Assembly: GCA_963977445.1 (NCBI GenBank) | Contig: CAXBPH010000239.1 | Coordinates: 1-10,907, forward strand | Length of the DNA: 10,907 nt | From: an uncultured bacterium | Lineage (GTDB): Bacteria; Hydrogenedentota; Hydrogenedentia; Hydrogenedentales; JAEUWI01 | Direction of reading: 5' to 3' | Shown: one piece after another, positions 1-6,250 of the stretch | How positions within the stretch are numbered: the first letter of the stretch is position 1 | Layout of the letters: each line of letters begins with the position of its first letter | Program-made: the position numbers and the translations under genes | Notes under the pieces: generated by a model | Databases searched by the model: none | The model's input: only the letters and a program-made list of their open reading frames with translations | What the model was told of the DNA's origin: nothing

Positions 1-672
1 CTGGAGCGCACCGGATTCGACAGCGTATTTACGACACCCAACGACCCCCTGCGTGAGTTTGTGGAACCCTATGGGCGCGCCTTCATCTGGATGAGCGATG
101 GGGATGGTCTGATCCAACAAAATCTCAGGGCGGCAGGGCTCAACGAAGTCCACTGCTTTCCAGGGTTTCCGGAATCCACCTGGAACAGGTCCGCGGCCCT
201 CTGGTATGGCGAATGCCTCTCCCTCCCCATCGACCTACCTGCGCAGCTCCATTTCGGACCGACCACCCATCTAGCAGACATTATCATTCAACCCGGCAGT
301 GGTAGCCCCAGAAAAAACTGGCCGCTGGAAAAATTCCACGAGCTGGGAGAGCATCTCGAAGCCCTTGGATTCTCGGTCATGTGGTGCCGAGGTCCGGCAG
401 AAGAGGACGTCGGGAAGCTTGGCAGGGAGCTCCCCCCCATGTCACTCTGCGACCTGGCGCGAACACTTTCGGGGGCGAAACTCTTCGTCGGTAACGATAG
501 CGGCATCAGCCATCTTGCCTCCATAGCCGGATGTCCTTCGGTGGCCATCTTCGGGCCAACCGATGCGACCGTGTGGCACCCCGTGGGCAAGCGTACGACC
601 GTCGTCCAGGGAAACCCCTGGCCCGATGTGGACAGCGTACTTCGCGCGACCATGGCGCGCGTGGGGGCCTGA
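1..672 (+). CDS. Glycosyltransferase family 9 (ADP-heptose:LPS heptosyltransferase-like) protein, 5'-truncated by the window edge
   Basis: Frame 1 is open from base 1 (LERTGFDSVFTTPNDPLREF...) to TGA at 670-672, so the true start lies upstream of the window. GT9 C-terminal motifs are present: IQPGSGSPRKNWP, GPAE, and LFVGNDSGISHLASIAGCPSVAIFGPTD..VWHP. Confidence 0.9.
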   Translation: MERTGFDSVFTTPNDPLREFVEPYGRAFIWMSDGDGLIQQNLRAAGLNEVHCFPGFPESTWNRSAALWYGECLSLPIDLPAQLHFGPTTHLADIIIQPGSGSPRKNWPLEKFHELGEHLEALGFSVMWCRGPAEEDVGKLGRELPPMSLCDLARTLSGAKLFVGNDSGISHLASIAGCPSVAIFGPTDATVWHPVGKRTTVVQGNPWPDVDSVLRATMARVGA

Positions 673-808
673 GTGCAATAGCGGCAGCGTTACTTTTGCT
701 ATTATCGTCTGAATGACCTTCTCCGGCTCCGGCCTTTTCGAATACCTTTACCGCGCTCTTGCCAACCCGTAATCAATACACAAACCCCCAACAAAAAGGA
801 TAGCTAGC

Positions 809-2128
809 TTGTCTGCACCAAACACCACACTTCGGCGAGATGTCGGACTCTTCGGCGCCACACTGATGGGCCTCGGCTCCATCCTCGGAACGGGTGCCTT
901 TGTGAGCATCGGCATTGCAGCGGGCATCACCGGCCCCTCCGTGGTGCTTGCGACGGTCCTCGCGGCGCTGGTGGCGACGTGCAACGCCCTGAACAGTGCC
1001 CAGCTCGCCGCTGCCCACCCCGTGAGTGGCGGTGCCTATGAATATGGCTATCGCCTGCTCACGCCCGCGCTCGGCTTTACGGCTGGCTGGATGTTCTTGT
1101 GCGCCAAGGCCGCTTCGGCGGCGACGGCAGCCCTGGGTTTTTCGGGCTATGCGCTAGAAGCCATGGGCGTCAATCTTTCTGGAGTCCACACGGGGGTGGC
1201 CCTGGTGGCCGTATTCTTACTGAGCATGCTGACCGTGGGTGGCATACGACGCTCCAATGGCACGAATACGATTATTGTGTCCATTACCATGGGTGCCTTG
1301 GGGGTCTTCGTTCTGGCCCTTCTGCCTACCGCACTGAGCCAAGGTACCGACAACCTCTTCCCCTTCTTTGGCGTTGGCACCGGAGAACACGGTGCCCCAT
1401 TGCCCGCCTTCCTGGAAGCTACGGCACTCATGTTCGTCGCCTTCACCGGCTATGGCCGTATTGCCACCCTGGGTGAAGAAGTTCACGATCCACGGCGAAC
1501 CATACCCCGCGCCATTGTCGCCACCCTCACCCTGTCGGCAACGATCTACATTGGTCTTGCATTGGTCGCCGTGGCGGCCGCTGGTGCTGCCATGCTGGGC
1601 AACGAAACGGATGCAACTTCCGCGACTCTTGAACAAGTCGCCCGAAAGCTTTCCAGTCCCGCTGTCGCCTGGGTCGTAGGCCTGGGCGCGGTAACCGCCA
1701 TGTTGGGGGTCCTTCTTAATCTTATCCTCGGCCTGTCGCGGGTGTTATTTGCCATGGCCCGACGCCACGACGCGCCCTTCGTGTTCTCCCGGGTTAGTGA
1801 GAGATCGGGCACGCCAAACGGGGCTATCTGGGGTGTGGGTGCTGTCATCGCCGCCCTCACGCTGGTGGGGGACGTCAAAACCACCTGGTCCTTCAGTGCC
1901 TTTACCGTGCTGATTTACTACGCCATCAACAACATGGCAGCCCTACGCCTGCCGCCGGAAGACCGGCTCTACTCGCCCCTGTGGGCCTGGGGTGGCCTGG
2001 CCTCCTGTCTCTTTCTTGCCTTCTGGGTCGACAGGTGGATCTGGGCCGCCGGTCTGGGGCTCATTGTCGTGGGCCTTTTGGCGCGGGCGTTAAGTCACGC
2101 GATTTCGGGCGGGCCTGCGAATAAATAA
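809..2128 (+). CDS. APC-superfamily amino acid permease
   Basis: 439-aa highly hydrophobic ORF with roughly 12 apparent TM segments. It has the N-terminal LRRDVGL, TM1 GLGSILGTGAF, AQLAAAHPVSGGAYEYG, TM6 AFTGYGRIATLGEEVHDPRRTIPRA, and SRVLFAMAR motifs. The TTG start at 809 is preceded by AAAGGA (795-800). The substrate cannot be called. Confidence 0.93.
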   Translation: MSAPNTTLRRDVGLFGATLMGLGSILGTGAFVSIGIAAGITGPSVVLATVLAALVATCNALNSAQLAAAHPVSGGAYEYGYRLLTPALGFTAGWMFLCAKAASAATAALGFSGYALEAMGVNLSGVHTGVALVAVFLLSMLTVGGIRRSNGTNTIIVSITMGALGVFVLALLPTALSQGTDNLFPFFGVGTGEHGAPLPAFLEATALMFVAFTGYGRIATLGEEVHDPRRTIPRAIVATLTLSATIYIGLALVAVAAAGAAMLGNETDATSATLEQVARKLSSPAVAWVVGLGAVTAMLGVLLNLILGLSRVLFAMARRHDAPFVFSRVSERSGTPNGAIWGVGAVIAALTLVGDVKTTWSFSAFTVLIYYAINNMAALRLPPEDRLYSPLWAWGGLASCLFLAFWVDRWIWAAGLGLIVVGLLARALSHAISGGPANK

Positions 2129-2187
2129 TTGTTCGGTGCGGTATTCTCTACAAGGACGCGTGGCGCGTTCACGGAAAGGATATCGAA

Positions 2188-2382
2188 ATGATTATTCTAC
2201 TCATCTACGGCGGCGCGCTCCTGGCTATCGTGGCCATTGCTGCACTTTTCTACGGACTGGCCGTCCAGTCACGAAGAAACTATACCTGTCCCAACTGCGG
2301 CGAGCGGTATCGAATGGAACATCTGGAAGCGAGCCACTGCAATTCCTGTGGCACTCCCCTCGACCACGGGAACAATGACTGA
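2188..2382 (+). CDS. Small single-pass membrane protein with C-terminal zinc ribbon (hypothetical, 64 aa)
   Basis: AAAGGA lies 7 nt before the ATG. About 25 hydrophobic N-terminal residues are followed by SRR, then CPNCG-x10-HCNSCG (two CxxC knuckles). It is co-oriented with and closely spaced to both neighbours. Confidence 0.82.
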   Translation: MIILLIYGGALLAIVAIAALFYGLAVQSRRNYTCPNCGERYRMEHLEASHCNSCGTPLDHGNND

Positions 2383-2423
2383 AGTCCCTCACCAACCGCA
2401 CGCAACCGAAAGGAACTCGCAGG

Positions 2424-2870
2424 ATGGAAAAGCGCACTGATTTATTGGTTGGAACCCGCCCTGAAATTACGAACGGCAAAGTCATCATGAGCGGTGCCGA
2501 GGGTTTCGATGGCTATGAAATTATGGAATACAAAGGCATGGTCTGGGGCATCTCTGCCCGCGCCAAAGATATGGGACAGGACATCGCCATGGGCTGTAAG
2601 CAAATTTCCGGCGGTGAACTCAGCTCCTATACGGCCCTTGGGGATGAATCACGCCAACGTGCCCTGGACCGCATGCTGGAGATGGCGGCCCGTCAAGGGG
2701 CCAATGCGATCATCAATGTGGAATTTGAAATGGGCGGTGCCCAACAGGGAGCGACGCAGGCGGTTGTTCATGGCACTGCAGTGATTATCAAGCCCATCGA
2801 AGACTATGTCCCCGTGGGTGCTGCGGGCAATATCCTGATGGAAATCAAAGATCGGCTCACGGGCCAATAG
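2424..2870 (+). CDS. ybjQ: YbjQ/UPF0145 family protein (putative heavy-metal-binding domain)
   Basis: The sequence follows the YbjQ pattern: GYEIMEYKGMVWG, GGELSSYT....ESRQRALDRMLEMAARQGANAIINVEF, and HGTAV. AAAGGA (2409-2414) precedes the ATG at 2424. There are short extensions at both ends relative to the ~105-aa core. Confidence 0.9.
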   Translation: MEKRTDLLVGTRPEITNGKVIMSGAEGFDGYEIMEYKGMVWGISARAKDMGQDIAMGCKQISGGELSSYTALGDESRQRALDRMLEMAARQGANAIINVEFEMGGAQQGATQAVVHGTAVIIKPIEDYVPVGAAGNILMEIKDRLTGQ

Positions 2871-2875
2871 CGACG

Positions 2876-3484
2876 ATGGACCAACCATCCCCCTATCTTC
2901 GCTGGCTCTGGTGGCGACACACCTGGACCTTTCAGCTGGCCCACAAACCACTGTGCACGCGATTCCACCAGGACGTCCTACGAATCGGTCCGGCTCACCT
3001 GTGCCGCAGTTGCACGGCACTCTATGGCTGTCTTGCGGTGGGATTGCTTGCGGGCCCTTGGCTAGTCGGGCATATGGATGTTTACTTCGCAGCCTTGGTC
3101 ACGTTTCTGCTCTTTATGGCGATTGTCGCATCGGCACCACCGCTGTACGCCCATGTGTCCCGTGCTTGCCGTGACCTGCTCCGGGGCAGCGCAGGCATGC
3201 TCGGGGGGCTGAGCATGATGATGCTGTTCACGCCACTGTGGCTATGGGGACTTGCCAATCTGCTTGGCCTGGCTGCGGCGTGGCTGATATACCGACGCCT
3301 CCGCAATCTACGGGCCGAACGGGTGGACAGCTGCTCGGGCTGTTCGGAATGCAATCGGGGCACCGTCTGCTCGGGCTTTGAGAAGCAAGCCCGTCACCTC
3401 CGAGCCTACGAGGAAGCCGCTACCGCCTATCTGGAACGGCGCTATGAGCCCGCACAGCGGAACCCGGGAAGCCCGACCAAATAG
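2876..3484 (+). CDS. Hypothetical multi-pass membrane protein with Cys/His motifs (N-terminus loosely DUF2085-like)
   Basis: 202-aa ORF starting 5 nt after the ybjQ stop, with about four hydrophobic segments. It has N-terminal AHKPLC..FH......HLCRSCTALYG and C-terminal CSGCSECNRGTVCSGF. The resemblance to the DUF2085 CxRCxGxYxG motif is from memory and tentative. Confidence 0.75.
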   Translation: MDQPSPYLRWLWWRHTWTFQLAHKPLCTRFHQDVLRIGPAHLCRSCTALYGCLAVGLLAGPWLVGHMDVYFAALVTFLLFMAIVASAPPLYAHVSRACRDLLRGSAGMLGGLSMMMLFTPLWLWGLANLLGLAAAWLIYRRLRNLRAERVDSCSGCSECNRGTVCSGFEKQARHLRAYEEAATAYLERRYEPAQRNPGSPTK

Positions 3485-3501
3485 GCTCTCCCCTTCCAGA
3501 C

Positions 3502-3548
3502 AAAAAAATCGTCTCTGGCAGAAACCTTTCGGTCCACCAGAGACGATT
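3502..3548 (-). terminator. Intrinsic terminator for the - strand mrp-like gene, possibly also acting on the convergent + strand cassette
   Basis: Perfect 12-bp inverted repeat AATCGTCTCTGG (3507-3518) / CCAGAGACGATT (3537-3548) with an 18-nt loop. The A7 run at 3502-3508 gives a U-tract on the - strand. It lies between convergent genes. Confidence 0.78.
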
Positions 3549-3621
3549 AGCCTACTTACTCTACACAAGCACCGTCCTGTCGGCGTGAGCCCTCACAAAT
3601 CGGGGCATCCGACCGGGGCAC

Positions 3622-4935
3622 TCAGGCCATGGCCGGGCCGGCAATGCGCTTGATGTGTTCCCAGGAAAAGATGCCGGAACTATGGCCATCACTCCAGACG
3701 ATACCGATCGCATAGTTGCCCAGCGGAGCAACCGATTCGACTTTGATATCATCGGGCACACTGTCGGGGTTCAGGATGGGCTGGCCGGTGAATTCGTTCA
3801 CACACAAGGCGCACTGGCACGACACGCGAAGCGACTTGTTGCCCACGTGAAATTCCGTGCCATCCGGCAAGGTCACCCGCAAGCGACCGTCTTCCGGGAC
3901 CACATCAGGCAGGGCTTCCCCTTCCAGACGTCGTTTTCCGACGGCACGGTGCAATTTCTCGGCCATTTCCTTAAACGCGGTAATCTCAGCCCCGAAATCT
4001 TTATCGGACGCATCGGAAAGGCCCGGCATAAGGGGGAGCTGTGCCAGGGTCTCAAGACCAAAGCGCTCTTTGAGGGTGGCCACGCTGTTCCCGAAAATGT
4101 AGTGCTTCTTTTCGCAATTGTCGCACAAGAAGTACGACATGTTTTCAACGAGACCCAACACCGGAACTTTCACGGACTCAAACATGAGGATGCCCCGTGC
4201 TACGTCGACCAGCGAAAGGGCCTGGGGTGTGGTCACGATTATTGCGCCATCCAAAGAGGCCTGCTGCACGAGGGTCAGTTGGATGTCACCCGTTCCAGGT
4301 GGCATGTCAATAATCAGATAGTCCAAATCGCCCCAGTCGGTTTGCTGGAGGATCTGCGACGTATAGTTAGAGACCATGGGGCCACGCATTACGGCCGGAC
4401 GGTCACCCATCACATAGCCTAGCGACATGGTCTTCAACCCGTCGCACATGATGGGCTCGATGAGATTATTCTTCATGTACACATCGGGCTGCGGCACCTT
4501 GAACAAGGTCGGCAGTGACGGCCCATAGATGTCTACATCCAAGAGGCCTACCCGATGCCCTTCGCGTTGAATAGCGCGGGCGAGGTGGGCGGCCACCGTG
4601 GATTTACCCACGCCCCCTTTGCAGGAAGAAACGGCAATAATAGCTCCCACATTTTTTAAAGTATCGATCTGGGGGCCGGATTTCACTTTGGGGGCCATGG
4701 CCGACATGTTGACCACAACCGACTTCACGCCGGGGAGTTGCGCAACCGAAGACTCACATTCCTTCTGAAAGTGCTCTTTAACGGGACAAGCCGGGGTAGT
4801 CAATTCGACCGTAAAGGAAACCGTTCCTTCTTCGATCTTTATGTCTTTGATAAACCCCAGGGAAACGATGTCTTTCCCAAAATCGGGGTCCATTATATGA
4901 CGCATGGCGTCCAACACCTGGCTTTCGGTGACCAT
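3622..4935 (-). CDS. mrp: Mrp/ApbC/NBP35 family Fe-S cluster carrier ATPase with N-terminal DUF59 (FeS_assembly_P) and C-terminal DUF971 (GBBH-like N) domains; HCF101-like
   Basis: DUF59: DPDFGKDIVSLGFI..ELTTPACPVK. Deviant Walker A: SSCKGGVGKST. Also LLDVDIYGPS, MRGPMV, WGDLDYLIIDMPPGTGD and ENMSYFLCDNC. DUF971: LRVSCQCALC...LGNYAIGIVWSDGHSSGIFSW. I moved the start from 4980 to the ATG at 4935, which has AGGAG 6 nt upstream and begins the DUF59 domain (MVTESQVL), giving 437 aa. Confidence 0.95.
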   Translation of the reverse strand: MVTESQVLDAMRHIMDPDFGKDIVSLGFIKDIKIEEGTVSFTVELTTPACPVKEHFQKECESSVAQLPGVKSVVVNMSAMAPKVKSGPQIDTLKNVGAIIAVSSCKGGVGKSTVAAHLARAIQREGHRVGLLDVDIYGPSLPTLFKVPQPDVYMKNNLIEPIMCDGLKTMSLGYVMGDRPAVMRGPMVSNYTSQILQQTDWGDLDYLIIDMPPGTGDIQLTLVQQASLDGAIIVTTPQALSLVDVARGILMFESVKVPVLGLVENMSYFLCDNCEKKHYIFGNSVATLKERFGLETLAQLPLMPGLSDASDKDFGAEITAFKEMAEKLHRAVGKRRLEGEALPDVVPEDGRLRVTLPDGTEFHVGNKSLRVSCQCALCVNEFTGQPILNPDSVPDDIKVESVAPLGNYAIGIVWSDGHSSGIFSWEHIKRIAGPAMA

Positions 4936-4986
4936 TATATACTCCTGTCGTGGGTGTCCTGGAATTTGCTGAAGCAGCAAAAGGTG

Positions 4987-5016
4987 ATCTTACGTGCTGC
5001 AACGCGGCAATGTCCA
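4987..5016 (-). promoter_or_regulatory. Candidate sigma70-type promoter for the mrp-like gene
   Basis: The - strand reads TGGACA (5016-5011), an 18-nt spacer, then TAAGAT (4992-4987), about 50 nt upstream of the ATG at 4935. This is a consensus match only. Confidence 0.45.
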
Positions 5017-5104
5017 TACCGAGAGGCCGGTGCCGCATCTACATCTATGGTGAACACCGAAAATGACAGAATTATGCCCAAACGACCGATGGGACCCGTG
5101 TAAA

Positions 5105-5476
5105 TCAGCCAAACGCCGGTTTTGCGAAAAGTTCACCGCAATAAAGACACTTATAATGCTTGGCATTCGATACACGAAGACAGGTGGGGCAGGTGACGGC
5201 ACCGCCGCCCATTTTTCCGTCCTCCGTGCCATCGCGCAGGTCGATTTCCTTCGCCATTCGCTCCAAATCCGCATCGGTCAGTCCGGCTTTGTCCCGAATC
5301 AGCTCCCAAAGCGCCTGGTTCAGCAGCGACAGGCGTTCAACCTGGTGGCGGAGCTCCCGAATATTTTCCCGGGACTCCAAGGCCTGGTTATCTGCGCTAG
5401 CCGAGCGAACCGAGCCCGCTGCACTCCGACCATGCAAGCCCTGGCCCATACCACTCATCCACAATAAATCACTCAT
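5105..5476 (-). CDS. Hypothetical protein with coiled-coil and C-terminal zinc ribbon (123 aa)
   Basis: Heptad-like IRELRHQVERLSLLNQALWELI, then EIDLRDGTEDGK and CPTC-x9-CLYCG. I moved the start from 5527 to the ATG at 5476, which follows AAGGGAG; this also removes the overlap with the divergent ORF. Confidence 0.82.
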   Translation of the reverse strand: MSDLLWMSGMGQGLHGRSAAGSVRSASADNQALESRENIRELRHQVERLSLLNQALWELIRDKAGLTDADLERMAKEIDLRDGTEDGKMGGGAVTCPTCLRVSNAKHYKCLYCGELFAKPAFG

Positions 5477-5611
5477 AAATCCAATCTCCCTTACGTGCAG
5501 CGCTATCCGCACCACCCCATTATTCAATCCCCAAATCGGGCGCTAAATCCAGTTACCTGTAAATACCGTTCACACTGGCGTGTTATTCACGCTATCGGGT
5601 ACCATCATTTC

Positions 5612-6250
5612 ATGAGCACGGCAGATTTACAAGTCCAACTGGATACACTCCTAACGGAAGTCAGGGCCTGTACCCTGTGTGAGGAACTCCTTCCCCTGGA
5701 CCCACGTCCCATTCTGCGGGCCCACAGCGACGCGCGAATCCTGATTATTGGTCAGGCTCCAGGCACGCGGGTGCATCAGTCTGGCGTCCCCTGGGACGAC
5801 CCGAGTGGTATACGGCTACGTGAATGGCTCGACGTCACCCCGGATGAATTTTATGATGTGCGTCGATTTGCCATCATACCCATGGGGTTTTGCTACCCCG
5901 GCAAGGACAAGCGGAGTGGTGACAATCCACCCCGCCCGGAATGCGCCCCGCACTGGCACAAGAAACTTCTCGACCTGCTCCCAAACGTTAAGCTGACACT
6001 GCTTATCGGAAATTATGCACAGCACTACTATCTTCGAGAACAGGCCGCGAAGACCTTGACGGAAACGGTCAGACAATGGAAAACTCTGGCACCCGACTAT
6101 ATTCCAGCCCCCCATCCGTCACCGCGCAATATACGGTGGCGAAAAAGCAATCCCTGGTTTGAGGAAGAGGTCGTGCCCGTCCTGCGCGCCCGAACTCGGA
6201 AATTGCTTGGTCCGTCGGGCACTCAACCTGAAGTCGGTCGCGACACGTAA
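5612..6250 (+). CDS. Uracil-DNA glycosylase superfamily protein (family 4-like)
   Basis: Motif A IIGQAPG, WDDPSG..LREWL, GFCYPG, PPRPECAP and motif B PHPSPRN are present, with N-terminal EVRACTLC. The probable start is the ATG at 5612 (MSTADL); the preceding 39 codons of the tracked ORF look like divergent intergenic DNA. Confidence 0.92.
   Translation: MSTADLQVQLDTLLTEVRACTLCEELLPLDPRPILRAHSDARILIIGQAPGTRVHQSGVPWDDPSGIRLREWLDVTPDEFYDVRRFAIIPMGFCYPGKDKRSGDNPPRPECAPHWHKKLLDLLPNVKLTLLIGNYAQHYYLREQAAKTLTETVRQWKTLAPDYIPAPHPSPRNIRWRKSNPWFEEEVVPVLRARTRKLLGPSGTQPEVGRDT

Noticed and set aside
677..703. Imperfect hairpin AATAGC...GCTATT after the GT9 stop
   Set aside because: The stem is weak and AT/GU-rich with no following U-tract, which is not enough to call a terminator.
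2375..2440. 21-codon ORF (MTEVPHQ...) overlapping the stop of the 64-aa gene and the start of ybjQ, considered as a coupling peptide or frameshifted ybjQ N-terminus
   Set aside because: ybjQ has its own well-spaced AAAGGA and ATG, and the peptide has no convincing RBS, motif or slippery site.
3556..3624. Selenocysteine readthrough of the mrp-like TGA, prompted by the downstream stem-loop
   Set aside because: The TGA falls after the complete DUF971 domain and not at a conserved Cys position, and the downstream structure is not a recognisable bacterial SECIS.
3655..4422. 255-aa + strand ORF
   Set aside because: It lies entirely antisense to the well-supported mrp-like gene and has no recognisable motifs; a typical shadow ORF in GC-rich DNA.
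4936..4980. N-terminal 15 codons of the tracked 452-aa ORF
   Set aside because: The segment contains the AGGAG ribosome-binding site for the ATG at 4935, where the DUF59 domain begins.
5063..5546. + strand ORFs 5063-5467 and 5160-5546
   Set aside because: Both are antisense to the zinc-ribbon gene, which has a good RBS and a coherent motif structure.
5477..5611. Apparent head-to-head overlap of ORFs 5105-5527 (-) and 5495-6250 (+)
   Set aside because: This is an artefact of longest-ORF calling. Better starts at 5476 and 5612 leave a 135-nt divergent intergenic region.
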